A program made the translations under genes and the position numbers. Positions 1-10,208 of a stretch of 64,000 bases of DNA are shown here, piece by piece. The DNA is from Minisyncoccia bacterium (GTDB lineage: Bacteria; Patescibacteriota; Minisyncoccia; Phycocordibacterales; UBA9973): contig CBFHKH010000001.1 in the NCBI GenBank assembly GCA_965656375.1, positions 132,691 to 196,690 of the forward strand, given 5' to 3'. The notes beneath the pieces are model-generated. The model was given only the letters and a program-made list of their open reading frames with translations. It had not been told where the DNA came from and made no database searches. Position 1 is the stretch's first letter. Every line of letters starts with the position of its first letter.

Positions 1-140
1 GTATCTTCAACGAATTGAAGTTCATAGGCTATCTTGTGTGTTAATACTCTTGTTTTTCCACTACCAGGACAGGCAGTTAATAGAACATTCCCTTCCTGTA
101 AAACCGCATTTCTTTGTTCTTTATTTAAACCAGCCAACAT
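1..140 (-). CDS. UvrD/Rep-like superfamily-1 helicase, N-terminal fragment (gene continues past the left edge); probable GajB partner of the upstream OLD nuclease
   Basis: Minus-strand translation from the ATG at 140-138 gives [41 protein letters not shown]. This is the classic UvrD N-terminal Walker A region (AGxGSGKT). The start lies 5 nt downstream of the OLD-family gene's stop. Confidence 0.6.
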   Translation of the reverse strand, partial: MLAGLNKEQRNAVLQEGNVLLTACPGSGKTRVLTHKIAYELQFVED

Positions 141-145
141 AGGGG

Positions 146-2275
146 TTATTTTATAAGGTTAACAAGTTTAACTACAGCATCGTTTTTCAAGTGCTTGCTA
201 AATAGTTTAATGCTTTCATCAGCGCTTTTTGCTTTATCAACTTCTGCTAGTATTTTTGCATAATCTGTATTATCCTCTTTCATAGTTTTTTCTTGAAGCT
301 TTGAAAGTCTGTGCCTGATCATAGATAGAATTATTTTTTGATTAATATGTGGACTTGCAAAGGCTACAGCCTCAATTATATAGTCTGGTAACTCTGTTAG
401 ATGGTTGATGTTTTCACTAAGCATTAGTGCAAACCAGCCTTTTTTAAACTTTTCAGCAAGTCTAAGTACCTCTTTTCCGCTTACCGCAACATCTTCATCT
501 TCTAATGCTTCTTTTGCCTTTCTTTTGGCATCATCAGTTTTATACTCTTTATCAATTGTGCTGATTATTTCATAACTGTTTCCAGCTAAAAGAAAATCCA
601 CCTCAAATGTATGCTTGGCATAAAAGACATCAATCCACTCGTTATCTTCCACAAATTCATCTAAGTCCTCTTTTCGTTTCTGCCCACTAATTTGAGAATT
701 CCTAGAATCCTTTTCTTCTTGTGAATCTTTTTTAGGATCAGCCCCCAGTGAGAAAATTGATTTATCCAAATCGGTAACAATGGAGCATCTTTTCTTGATC
801 CTTAGTTCGTCAAAGAGCCTTGCAATATTTTCAAATCCGGTACTGCCGATATTGATTAAACTAATACCTATTTCATCAAGTGCTACACCGTAAACAGCTT
901 TCACCAATTCAGGGATAAGAATTTGTTCTGCGTCTCCTTCAACAAGAATCACACCTTTGGCAAAAAGCAGTGTGCTTCTCACAGCATCCAAATATCTCTC
1001 AACCCGACTTATCTCATTTTTCTTAAGACCATTTGATGGATTAAAAACCCATGCACTTTGTTTTGCCCTGCTCAATATATTTACAGAACTTATCTGGCTT
1101 ACAGATGAAATATGCGTTGAATGAGTTGATATTATTACTTGTGTATTTCTTTTATCTAATCGCTGGAAAAGTGTTTTTTGAATGTGAGTATGAATATGAG
1201 CCTCTGGTTCTTCAATTAATAGAAAATTAGCAACTCTTTCAAGTGCCTTTACCTTTTCATATTCTAATAATTTCAATGAAAGGTATATTAGGTTAGCACC
1301 TCCTAAACTTAATTCCCAAATTCTTCCCTGATAACCTTCTTCATCAGGATCGCCAACCCACATTTTAAGAGACTGTAACAGCTTCTCCATATCAGATGGA
1401 AGTTCTGATTGAATACTGATATTAGGTGCATAAGTCTCACCAACAGCTTCTTTTATGCTTTCTGAAATGCCTGTAGAAATATTCTTAACCTCGTCAAGGC
1501 TTGAAATATCATTGTTTAAAGTTTCTACCTTCTTTTCAATATCTTCTTTCTTTGCTACAGAAATGTATTTTTCCTTTCCTCTTAAAAGATTCAATAGTGG
1601 GTTGTTCCTATATGACTTTAAATCTTCTTCTACATCTCTTAATGCTTTAACAAATGTGCAGGAGACTTCATTCGATATTGAAAAATTTGATAACCTTACG
1701 CCGTAAATATCACTGCTTTCATCATCTGGATTAGGGAAGACAATCTTTTCAAAATCCCCAACATATTTTCTGTAAACATCGTCATCTGAAAAGTCAACAT
1801 TATTTCTTCCACGGTATGTTATTTCATAATCATTCAGGGTGATTTTGGATAAAATTTCTTCTAACCCTTCCTTTTTCCTTTTGGGGAGTTGTGAAAATTC
1901 ATATAACTGCTTTCTCATACTTTCACGGGGTCGACAACATAGCAAAACCGTCCCTTTAGTAGTATCAAACTCATCAACATGCCCAGCCTTGTGCATTGCA
2001 ATTGCTTGTAATTCTTCATCTGCATCTAGTTCGTCAAGTTGTATTTGTATGATTATCCAATGTCCTTTCCATATACCAATTGAGCGGTTAAAATCTGTTT
2101 CATTAAAGTAAGTTCTACGTGGGAGGTTTTCGTCAATTAAGAGTCGGAGGGCATATAGAAGATTAGTTTTCCCAGAACCATTTTCTCCAATTATTGTATT
2201 TACTCCTTTTTGGAAACAAAGCGAAGCATTACGAAAATTTCTGAAATTCCTGATTGACAATTTTGATATATGCAT
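146..2275 (-). CDS. OLD-family ATP-dependent endonuclease (ABC-type ATPase plus C-terminal Toprim), GajA-like
   Basis: 709 aa. N-terminal Walker A ([19 protein letters not shown]), a Walker B-like [11 protein letters not shown] motif, and a C-terminal Toprim signature ([17 protein letters not shown]). A UvrD-like gene immediately downstream gives the class 2 OLD/Gabija architecture. Confidence 0.75.
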   Translation of the reverse strand: MHISKLSIRNFRNFRNASLCFQKGVNTIIGENGSGKTNLLYALRLLIDENLPRRTYFNETDFNRSIGIWKGHWIIIQIQLDELDADEELQAIAMHKAGHVDEFDTTKGTVLLCCRPRESMRKQLYEFSQLPKRKKEGLEEILSKITLNDYEITYRGRNNVDFSDDDVYRKYVGDFEKIVFPNPDDESSDIYGVRLSNFSISNEVSCTFVKALRDVEEDLKSYRNNPLLNLLRGKEKYISVAKKEDIEKKVETLNNDISSLDEVKNISTGISESIKEAVGETYAPNISIQSELPSDMEKLLQSLKMWVGDPDEEGYQGRIWELSLGGANLIYLSLKLLEYEKVKALERVANFLLIEEPEAHIHTHIQKTLFQRLDKRNTQVIISTHSTHISSVSQISSVNILSRAKQSAWVFNPSNGLKKNEISRVERYLDAVRSTLLFAKGVILVEGDAEQILIPELVKAVYGVALDEIGISLINIGSTGFENIARLFDELRIKKRCSIVTDLDKSIFSLGADPKKDSQEEKDSRNSQISGQKRKEDLDEFVEDNEWIDVFYAKHTFEVDFLLAGNSYEIISTIDKEYKTDDAKRKAKEALEDEDVAVSGKEVLRLAEKFKKGWFALMLSENINHLTELPDYIIEAVAFASPHINQKIILSMIRHRLSKLQEKTMKEDNTDYAKILAEVDKAKSADESIKLFSKHLKNDAVVKLVNLIK

Positions 2276-2815
2276 AGCATTAAGTTTACTATTGCAAATT
2301 TAATCTTTTATTAATATGAATTATTAATTTTCGCCCAGCATCCGGCAAATCTATACCCTCCACACAATTCCGTCAGTAAAGGTCTTCACTCCATTACATT
2401 CCGCTTGCCTCCGGTTTTGCAAAAAAATCTCCACCTCAGAAACTACTGATATTCGGTAGTATTTTTTGTGTCAAAAACTTTGACTTCCTTCCACCGCTTC
2501 AATAGTGGTTGCCTAAGCTGGCCAAATTTTCATTTTGTGCCGAAATCAATTTTTTAACTAACACTCATTGTACGCAACACCAGTTACGATTACGAAACAT
2601 CATGGTCATTTCACGGGAAATCCAAAGGAAGAAAAAGTGTATCCGTTCAAAAGCCCTCCAAAGTGCCTGGGCAATTTCGCAGAACGAGGATATAACTATC
2701 TACTATCTGGTAAAGAAACACAGCCATGAGAAATGCCCTAATAAGGTAAAGGCAGGGGAACTCACACTATTCAATCAGTAAATAATTTCTATTCATAATT
2801 CAAAAATCAACAGCT

Positions 2816-3187
2816 ATGGTACTCATTGGCAGATTAACAAAAGACGCAGTTGTAGCACAACTGAAAGACGACAGGCAGGTAGTAAACTTCATACTTGTTG
2901 TAAATGACGGGTATAAACCCAAAGGGCATACTGAGTGGGTAAACCTCACCACATTCTTTAACTGTGCCTATTGGATAAGCACAAAGATTGCAGAACGACT
3001 AAAGAAAGGTAACTTGATTGAAGTTTCCGGCCGGATGTTTGTAACCACATACAAAGACATGAGCGGGGAAGCGAAAGCATCCATCAATTTCCATGTAGAT
3101 TCAATCAAGGTACACCAGCAGATGAAGGTTATTGCAACCCATGCAGAGGTCCCTAAAGAAGAACTGTTACCTGACCTGCCGTTTTAA
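2816..3187 (+). CDS. ssb: Single-stranded DNA-binding protein (short OB-fold SSB, mobile-element type)
   Basis: 123 aa. The MVLIGRLTKDAVV...VVNFILVVND N-terminus is typical of SSB OB-folds. A strong hairpin follows the stop codon. Confidence 0.55.
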   Translation: MVLIGRLTKDAVVAQLKDDRQVVNFILVVNDGYKPKGHTEWVNLTTFFNCAYWISTKIAERLKKGNLIEVSGRMFVTTYKDMSGEAKASINFHVDSIKVHQQMKVIATHAEVPKEELLPDLPF

Positions 3188-3202
3188 TTGTTAAAGCCCG
3201 GA

Positions 3203-3238
3203 AAGCTGCCGCCGTATTTACGGCGGCAGCTTGGTTTA
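3203..3238 (+). terminator. Rho-independent terminator-like hairpin after ssb
   Basis: aagctgccgccgt-attt-acggcggcagctt is a perfect 13-bp stem. A T-rich tail (ggttt) follows. Confidence 0.5.
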
Positions 3239-3283
3239 GCACTGGCAATATTAATTATACCCATTCTTATTCATTGTTACAGA

Positions 3284-3320
3284 GTACAAGGGTTGGACTA
3301 AACAGTCTAACCCTTGTACT
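3284..3320. repeat. Imperfect palindrome AGTACAAGGGTTGGAC-N6-GTCTAACCCTTGTACT; candidate recombinase site
   Basis: The arms are 12 bp perfect and about 17/18 overall. The CCCTTGTA core recurs at 3346-3353 and 6001-6008, so copies flank the serine recombinase gene at 4199-5938. Confidence 0.5.
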
Positions 3321-4198
3321 ACTTCTTCATTTAGCAAATAATCCCTTGTACTTTAAAGAACAGTTTCCCCCAAATTATTTAAAACGCATTAATAATAAGG
3401 TTCTATAAGAAGTTTTTTCCGCTTAATAACACAGCTACAAAACTGATTTTTTTAGAAAAAAAGACAGTTTGGTTTAAATCTTTTGCAACCGATTATTATA
3501 TAAAGCGAGTTGAAAACCTTCAAAATCGATTTGTCCTTTTTGAAATAAACCGCTTCGAATAGCTTCGTTTTTAATGTAGGAGGTTGCTTAATGAAGGTAG
3601 TAAGAGTTTGTACCCCAATTTTCTGCAACAGAACGATACAGCTAAAATAGTTTTGTTTTTTGTTGACGAATTATACGGTTTTACTTGGCTGGGTTCTCAT
3701 AAATGGAGAGAAAGAAGAGAACACAACCTAATTACTATAGAAATCTTACTGAAAGCTTTACTTTTTAAATATTAGATATAAATACACTAAAATTCTATAA
3801 AAATGGCAGTGCAAAAGAAAGGGATCACGACCTATGAACGTGATAAAAATAAGGTAAAGATTAGCGGTGACCCGGAAAATGTGAAATGGCCAATTCTAAT
3901 TGACCAGGTAAATAGTGTACTACGGTGGCTAATTCCAGTAGTTGTGTTGCTAGTTGTATTACCCAAAACCAGCTTACTACCAATAGTAATAAAATGGGTC
4001 AAGCAACAGATGATGTTATTGGTCCTTTTTGTGGTTATGGTGGGGTGGGATCATTATCTGTTATCAGGTTGATATAACTTTTCTTTTTGAGATTCCAAAC
4101 AATAGAAGTTTGCAGATCATAAGACTTGATTTTTAAAATCTACTAAATTAATTAGTATTATTGGCCTGTTTTTTGTATCTTTAAGAAAAGCTTTTACC

Positions 4199-5938
4199 AT
4201 GAACGAACGAAAGAATATTGGCCTGTGGATAAGGGTTTCAACCGAATTGCAAGTTCAGGGAGATAGTCCTGAACACCATGAAAAACGAACAAAGCTTTAC
4301 GCTGAAGCAAAGGGCTGGAATGTTGTATCTGTATACAGGCTTGATGCGATGTCCGGAAAGTCAATAATGGATTATCCCGAAACAAAGCGGATGCTTAGCG
4401 ACATCAAAAATGGGCTTATTTCAGGAATCATTTTCTCCAAATTAGCTCGACTTGCCAGAAATACTAAAGAGCTCCTTGAAATTTCAGAATTGTTCAGAAA
4501 CAACAATGCTGACCTTATATCCCTTGCAGAATCAATAGACACTTCAACTCCAGCAGGCAGACTGTTTTATACAATGATTGCGGCTATGGCTCAATGGGAA
4601 AGGGAGGAAATTGCAGAGCGTGTTGCAGCTTCGGTGCCTATTCGGGCAAAAATGGGTAAGCCTTTGGGTGGTGCCGCTTCATTTGGGTATAAATGGGAGG
4701 GAAAAGAACTGATGATAGATGAAAAAGAAGCACCAGTGCGAAAGCTGATGTACGAGCTCTTTATCAAAATTAAAAGACGCAAGGCTGTAGCTGCTGAATT
4801 GAATAAATTAGGATACCGGACAAGAAATGGCTCACAATTTACCGATTCAACTGTTACCAGGCTGCTTCGGGATACTTCGGCAAAGGGTTTGAGAAGAGCA
4901 AACTATACAAAAAGCCTGGGAGAGAAGAAGCGCTGGGTTGCAAAGCCAGCAGAAGATTGGGTAATGCTTCCTTGTCCTGCAATTGTTTCAGAAGAAATCT
5001 GGAATGAATGCAACCAGATTTTAGACCAGCAGGAACGAAAGGTCATCAAACCGGGTCCAAGGGTAAGCCATTTATTGTCAGGCTATATTTACTGCGAATG
5101 CGGCAGGAAAATGTACGTGTATCATACAGCACCTGTTTTTGTCTGCAAAACTTGTAAAACCAAAATTGCGACCGCTGATATTGACGAAATTTATCATGCT
5201 CAGCTTAAATCTTTTTTGCTGACAGATTCTGGCGTCAATGATTTTATGGAAAGATCAAATTCGATTCTTCACGAAAAGGAATCATTGCTTTCTTCAACAA
5301 AAACCGAACATGGCAGAATCAAGAAGGAAATGGATGAATTGCTAACGATGAGGCTCTCGGGTGAGCTGTCAAAAGAGATATTTCCTGCCCACTATAAGCC
5401 TCTGGAGCAGCAATATCACCAATTAAGCGCTCAATTACCGGAGTTGGAGGCAGAGGTCGATTTTCTGAAGATTCAGGCCCTTTCTTCCGATACGGTTCTG
5501 GAAGAAGCCAAAGACTTGTACAATGGCTGGAATAACCTGGAATTTGATGAAAAAAGAGCCGTGGTTGAAACCATCACAGAGAAAATAACGATTGGTAAAC
5601 AAGAGATTACAGTAGCTTTAGCCTATATGCCAACACCAACCAACCAATTTATGCAAAATGCCGGGAAAGGGCATCACTTGGTATTTCCTGCATTGCCTTT
5701 TTCCCGGGCTATACATTCTTTAAAAAAACCACCCATTTCAGGTTTTCCCTGGCACCCGAAGACATTAGGAGAGAAGATATTACGAAAAAGGCTTGAACTT
5801 GGCTTGACTCAAGTAGAACTTGCAGAACAATTAGGGGTTAATGACCAAACGATAAGTAGATGGGAGACAGGGGAGAGTAAACCTTGGGCAAAACAGCAAG
5901 ATAAAATAGCTCAATTTCTTAACCAAACTACCTATTAA
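4199..5938 (+). CDS. Large serine recombinase (resolvase/invertase catalytic domain, recombinase domain, zinc ribbon) with a fused C-terminal XRE-type HTH
   Basis: 579 aa. N-terminus IGLWIRVSTELQ with the catalytic Ser context. A Cys-rich ribbon (CECGRKMY...CKTCK). The C-terminus ILRKRLELGLTQVELAEQLGVNDQTISRWETGESKP is a canonical HTH_XRE. Confidence 0.85.
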   Translation: MNERKNIGLWIRVSTELQVQGDSPEHHEKRTKLYAEAKGWNVVSVYRLDAMSGKSIMDYPETKRMLSDIKNGLISGIIFSKLARLARNTKELLEISELFRNNNADLISLAESIDTSTPAGRLFYTMIAAMAQWEREEIAERVAASVPIRAKMGKPLGGAASFGYKWEGKELMIDEKEAPVRKLMYELFIKIKRRKAVAAELNKLGYRTRNGSQFTDSTVTRLLRDTSAKGLRRANYTKSLGEKKRWVAKPAEDWVMLPCPAIVSEEIWNECNQILDQQERKVIKPGPRVSHLLSGYIYCECGRKMYVYHTAPVFVCKTCKTKIATADIDEIYHAQLKSFLLTDSGVNDFMERSNSILHEKESLLSSTKTEHGRIKKEMDELLTMRLSGELSKEIFPAHYKPLEQQYHQLSAQLPELEAEVDFLKIQALSSDTVLEEAKDLYNGWNNLEFDEKRAVVETITEKITIGKQEITVALAYMPTPTNQFMQNAGKGHHLVFPALPFSRAIHSLKKPPISGFPWHPKTLGEKILRKRLELGLTQVELAEQLGVNDQTISRWETGESKPWAKQQDKIAQFLNQTTY

Positions 5939-5953
5939 TTGTACATCTATTAT

Positions 5954-6610
5954 TTATAACTTAACCAAACCAACTTTTACCGCATACAGGGCTAATTGTA
6001 CCCTTGTATTAAGTTGTAATTTTTTACATAAAGCATCCCTGTAACCTTCAATTGTTTTGGGACTCAAGAACATTTTTTCAGCTATTTCAGCATATGTCAT
6101 ATCTGTACAAGCGAGTATCAAAAATGTTTCTTCTTTTTCAGAAAGTTGACCCAAATTAGTGCTGGGCTTAGATGTATTCTGCATTTCGACCGCCATTATT
6201 TCTGTAGCAATATCTGAGTAATACAGGCCTTTATTTGAAATCGCCTCTAAAGCCAGATGCATGTCTTCTACTTCAATATCTTTGGATAAATATCCCTTTA
6301 CACCTAATCGTAACATTTTTATTACCGATTCTTCTGTTTCTACCATTGAAACGACAAGCACACTTATGGATGGATAGTATTGTTTTAACCATCCCACAGT
6401 TTCATACCCATCCATATCCGGCATATCAATGTCCATGAGTATAATATCAGGAAGCATCCTTTTATCAAGTCTTTCCTTTAGCTCAATGCCACTCGCTGCT
6501 TCAAAGAGTACTGTATATTTACTTTCAGGGTCACTAAGGTTAATTAATTTTATGAGCCCTTTCCTGAATAAATTGTGATCATCAACAACAGCAAGGTTTA
6601 TTTTTTTCAT
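5954..6610 (-). CDS. Two-component response regulator, NarL/LuxR family (REC domain plus LuxR HTH)
   Basis: 218 aa. Receiver-domain motifs (LAVVDDH..., DIILMDIDMPDMDG). C-terminal LuxR-type HTH (LSEKEETFLILACTDMTYAEIAEKMFLSPKTIEGYR). Confidence 0.85.
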   Translation of the reverse strand: MKKINLAVVDDHNLFRKGLIKLINLSDPESKYTVLFEAASGIELKERLDKRMLPDIILMDIDMPDMDGYETVGWLKQYYPSISVLVVSMVETEESVIKMLRLGVKGYLSKDIEVEDMHLALEAISNKGLYYSDIATEIMAVEMQNTSKPSTNLGQLSEKEETFLILACTDMTYAEIAEKMFLSPKTIEGYRDALCKKLQLNTRVQLALYAVKVGLVKL

Positions 6611-6625
6611 AAATAGCTCGTTAAT

Positions 6626-7423
6626 TTATTTTGGGAGTACTATTGTTATTTCTGTTCCTTCACCGATTTTACTTTCAATATCCAAGACACCATCTATTAA
6701 TTTTGCCCTTTTTTGCATGTTCAAAATACCAGTGCTTTCATTTTTTCCTGATTCTTTCATTACATTGCCTAAATCAAAACCCACCCCGTCATCACTAATT
6801 TTCAGGGTTAATACAGTTTTTTCAAAATCAAATGTTACATAAATGTTTTTTGCTTTTGCGTACTTTAAAATATTATTAAGAGCTTCCTGGCATAGTCTGA
6901 ATAAGATTATCTCCCTCTCTGGCAACAGTCTGTATTCAACACCTGTTTTGGTAAGATTTGTGACAAATCGCTTTGTTTTAGAAAACCTTGCTAATTCATT
7001 CTCTAAAGCCTTAACAATGCCGATCTTCATAATATGCTCGGTGTTCAAACTAACACTCAATGCTTTTAAATCTCCCAAAACCTGTTTAGCAAGAGCCTTG
7101 GTTTCAAAAATATTTTCCTTAATACTATCAGAACAGTGTGGAAGTATTGCTGATAAATTAATATTGATTAGTGAAACAAGTTGACTGAAATTTGCATGCA
7201 ATTCCTTTGAGATATGGTTAAGAGTTTCTTCTTGTATTTCTATTTTCGACTGTAACAGAGTTTTTGTAAAATCTTCTCTGAGAGCAACTACTTCTTGTTG
7301 ATGTCGGTATCTTTTTTGCTGATACAGTAAAATATAGCGTACAATAATGACACCAAAGATCAATAACAGTACTGTGCTGATGATGATTGTGAGGGTTAAT
7401 ATTTGAGAAGAGGTTTCGGGCAT
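6626..7423 (-). CDS. Sensor histidine kinase, HisKA_3 (NarL-type) plus HATPase_c, with a single N-terminal TM
   Basis: 265 aa. H-box-like ISKELHANFSQL. An ATPase G-box region (DDGVGFD...GEGTEITIVLP). It lies adjacent to the NarL-type response regulator. Confidence 0.75.
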   Translation of the reverse strand: MPETSSQILTLTIIISTVLLLIFGVIIVRYILLYQQKRYRHQQEVVALREDFTKTLLQSKIEIQEETLNHISKELHANFSQLVSLININLSAILPHCSDSIKENIFETKALAKQVLGDLKALSVSLNTEHIMKIGIVKALENELARFSKTKRFVTNLTKTGVEYRLLPEREIILFRLCQEALNNILKYAKAKNIYVTFDFEKTVLTLKISDDGVGFDLGNVMKESGKNESTGILNMQKRAKLIDGVLDIESKIGEGTEITIVLPK

Positions 7424-8073
7424 AAGAATGCAATTGAATAAAAGGTGTACAGGATGCAGTTTAGGCCAAGGTATATGTAGTAAAGAGCGATAGCTAAAGA
7501 CAAATTTTTATGAATCAGATAGTCAAGACTTATGATGTAGGGTAAATTAGCAGCGTGGAAAATAAATGCGCCCAATGAAAGCCAAACCATTGGGTGTCCT
7601 GTCAATTTAATTGATTCGCTTGCATTTCTCAGTTGGTCAAAATAACAGACAGTTAAAAAGATAATAATTGCGCTAGATAATATTATTGTATAACTATTTA
7701 CAGTATGTATTGACTGAGAAAATAAAAGATTTAGTATTGAAAAAGCAGGGAAAAGAATTCCTAGTATTTTAATTATTTTTTTTAGAAATGGAGATTGAAT
7801 TGTTTGATAATAAACCATGAGGTATAAAAGATATTGAGGAATTAGAGCAATATTATACAACCATAAATTTGAATTGGTAAAAGAATAGGTCCCCAGGTTA
7901 TTATAGAAATAATATTTCCAAGAAATTGCAAAAAGTTCTGTAACAGAAATTATTATTAGAAGTAATGAAAAGATTTTATACTGAACAGGCCATCTCAGCC
8001 TGAAAACTTTCAGGCTGAGCAGCGTACTTACAAATAATGGTATGATATAAATGTGTTGCAGCAACTTTTGCAT
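7396..8073 (-). CDS. Polytopic membrane protein (about 6 TM); possibly the membrane sensor domain of the downstream histidine kinase (separate gene or frameshifted N-terminus)
   Basis: 225 aa, very hydrophobic. It overlaps the kinase ORF by 28 nt in another frame. Confidence 0.4.
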   Translation of the reverse strand: MQKLLQHIYIIPLFVSTLLSLKVFRLRWPVQYKIFSLLLIIISVTELFAISWKYYFYNNLGTYSFTNSNLWLYNIALIPQYLLYLMVYYQTIQSPFLKKIIKILGILFPAFSILNLLFSQSIHTVNSYTIILSSAIIIFLTVCYFDQLRNASESIKLTGHPMVWLSLGAFIFHAANLPYIISLDYLIHKNLSLAIALYYIYLGLNCILYTFYSIAFLCPKPLLKY

Positions 8074-8121
8074 ACTTCTAAAGTAATCAATCTTACCAAC
8101 ATATTGTATAATTAATTTATA

Positions 8122-8583
8122 CTAACAGATTGGTGGGCAGGGTGAGCCATAGTTAAATGGCTTAGGTGTTGCTTCTTCATCAAAAGAAATAGCCTTGCTA
8201 TTAGCAGATGCATTCTTTCGTTCTTCAAATCCGGGCTCATTTTCATAGATTATATCTGTATTTCCGGCACCATCGGCTGTAGGACGTGTTAACATTACAA
8301 CTAGGCATTGTTGTCCTGGTGCGATATGGTGATCTTCATCATATGCACCGAAGTATACTCTCATGCCGGTGGCATTCATAATATTCATTTCATCAAGCCA
8401 GGTTTGGACATGCTCCTTTGAGTACCAGACAGATTTTGTTTCATTTCTGTTTGCATCTTTTGCTTTTTGAGCGGCTTGTAGTAGCGGATATTTTTCAGTA
8501 TTATATTTTTCTGCCATTGATTTTACTTTTTCTGTGCCGATAAAAATGTCAGGTAATGGTTGAGCTGATTGAGGAATTTGCAT
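8122..8583 (-). CDS. Hypothetical protein, divergent from the TIR operon
   Basis: 153 aa ORF with no recognisable motif. Coding-like composition. Confidence 0.35.
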   Translation of the reverse strand: MQIPQSAQPLPDIFIGTEKVKSMAEKYNTEKYPLLQAAQKAKDANRNETKSVWYSKEHVQTWLDEMNIMNATGMRVYFGAYDEDHHIAPGQQCLVVMLTRPTADGAGNTDIIYENEPGFEERKNASANSKAISFDEEATPKPFNYGSPCPPIC

Positions 8584-8769
8584 AAAATGTTTTTTGAAGA
8601 ATTAATAAATCGGGTTGTTTTTGAGCTGGCAAGCTACATATGAAGGGGAAAAGAGAAAACCTCATAATACAAGGAAAGCCCCTGAATAAAATACCGGATT
8701 TTTCCCCTTCCAGAAAGGTTTTTTCCAAAAAGCAACATCGCCATCTTTGATAACTAAATCAGTAAAATT

Positions 8770-9180
8770 ATGGCAGACCCAAGAGTATTCATAAGTTTCG
8801 ACTATGATAATAACAAAGATGAAAAAATCCTTTTTGCCGGACAGGCAAAAAATTCCAGAACACCATTCAGTATAGAAGATTGGTCTTCGAAAACAGTATT
8901 GCCGCAAAAAGAATGGGAAGCATTAATTAATGCTAAAATAAATAAGTGCAATTTATTGATTGTATTGGTTGGCAAGAAAACCTATACAGCCACAGGTGTG
9001 GTTAAAGAAATATCATTTGCGAAAGCGAATGATGTTCCAGTGTTTGGTGTGTATGTTGACGGCGCAACTACAGCTACAGATTTGCCAGCAGGGTTACAGC
9101 GTAACCGGACAATAAGCTGGGACTGGGAAAAAATAGCAGATGCCATTGACCAGTGTATGAATGAAGGGAAAAATAAGTAA
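8770..9180 (+). CDS. TIR-like domain protein, DUF1863/MTH538 type (ThsB-like)
   Basis: 136 aa. The N-terminal RVFISFDYDNNKDE and the later LLIVLVGKKTYTATGVVKEISFA...VPVFGVYVDG match the PF08937-style TIR-like pattern. Confidence 0.55.
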   Translation: MADPRVFISFDYDNNKDEKILFAGQAKNSRTPFSIEDWSSKTVLPQKEWEALINAKINKCNLLIVLVGKKTYTATGVVKEISFAKANDVPVFGVYVDGATTATDLPAGLQRNRTISWDWEKIADAIDQCMNEGKNK

Positions 9181-9198
9181 GAGGTTAAATTGTAGATA

Positions 9199-9618
9199 AT
9201 GCTAAATGAGTTATTCGAATGGCTTTTTGGATCTGAGCCGAAAAAGAAAAGAAAAGTATTTATAAGTTTTGCAATTGAAGATAAAAAGTATAGAGACTTT
9301 TTAGTAAGCCAAGTCAAAAATGACAAAACTCCATTTGAATTTATTGATATGTCGGTAAAAAAGCCCTGGAGTGAGGAAGAGTGGAAAAAGCAATGCCGCA
9401 TCAAGATAAAGCAGTGTGACAGTATGATTGTACTGTTGAGCAAAAATACCTGGCACTCAAGTGGTTCAAGATGGGAAATAAAATGTGGTAGGAAAGAAAG
9501 ACTACGGATTATCGGGATGCATGTAAAAAAAGATGATAAGGGAGCTATACCACCTGAATTGCTTGGAAAAAGAGTCATTGAATGGTCATGGAAAAATCTT
9601 GAAAACTTTTTAAACTAA
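9199..9618 (+). CDS. TIR-like domain protein, DUF1863/MTH538 type (ThsB-like paralog)
   Basis: 139 aa. KVFISFAIEDKKYRDF...MIVLLSKNTWHSSGSRWEIKCG has the same architecture as the preceding ORF. It starts 19 nt after the previous stop. Confidence 0.55.
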   Translation: MLNELFEWLFGSEPKKKRKVFISFAIEDKKYRDFLVSQVKNDKTPFEFIDMSVKKPWSEEEWKKQCRIKIKQCDSMIVLLSKNTWHSSGSRWEIKCGRKERLRIIGMHVKKDDKGAIPPELLGKRVIEWSWKNLENFLN

Positions 9619-9623
9619 ATCTT

Positions 9624-10208
9624 ATGCCGTTATATACAAGTAAATACCTGAAATCACTATCTGCTAATAAAACTATAAATGAAAAGGCTAGATTATTTTC
9701 AGAAGCCCGTCAAAGAGCAACACAGTTTGATATTTTTCTCTCACACAGTTTTTTGGATAAAGACGAGGTTGAAGGTATTTATATCGAATTAACGGGCAAG
9801 GGATATTCAGTGTATGTTGACTGGATTATAGACCCGGATTTGAAAAGAAACAATGTTACTAAAGAATCTGCAGAACTTATCAGGAGAAGAATGCGGTCGT
9901 CTGAATCATTGTTGCTGGCAATATCAGATAATGCCGATTTATCAAGGTGGATTCCATGGGAATTAGGTTTTTTGGATGGACAACAATCACGTTGTTCGCT
10001 GTTTCCCGTATCTAAAAGTGATTTTGAGAAAACAACATTTGAGAGAAAGGAATACCTGCTTTTGTACCCGTATGTTAAGCTTGCAGAACTAGACTCCAGG
10101 AAGCAAATTATTCTTACAGAATCTTCAAATATATACACCACTTTAAATGACTGGGTGAAATACAAAATTCAACCGGGATACAAAGTAAAAAACATTAACT
10201 ATTTATGA
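9624..10208 (+). CDS. TIR domain protein (canonical TIR_2-like)
   Basis: 194 aa. FDIFLSHSFLDKDEV (the TIR box-1-like F/DIFISHS motif) and ...SRWIPWELGF (a W..E motif). Confidence 0.65.
   Translation: MPLYTSKYLKSLSANKTINEKARLFSEARQRATQFDIFLSHSFLDKDEVEGIYIELTGKGYSVYVDWIIDPDLKRNNVTKESAELIRRRMRSSESLLLAISDNADLSRWIPWELGFLDGQQSRCSLFPVSKSDFEKTTFERKEYLLLYPYVKLAELDSRKQIILTESSNIYTTLNDWVKYKIQPGYKVKNINYL

Noticed and set aside
2509-2781. 90-aa ORF in the GajA-ssb intergenic region. Similar small ORFs lie at 3584-3775 and 3803-4072.
   Set aside because: No motifs, AT-rich and low-complexity. The 3803-4072 ORF has a plausible TM helix but nothing else supports it, so all three are left unannotated.
3606-3620. 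TGTACCCCAA 10-mer that resembles the IS3 left inverted repeat.
   Set aside because: It is a single short match with no partner inverted repeat or transposase nearby. It is probably coincidental.
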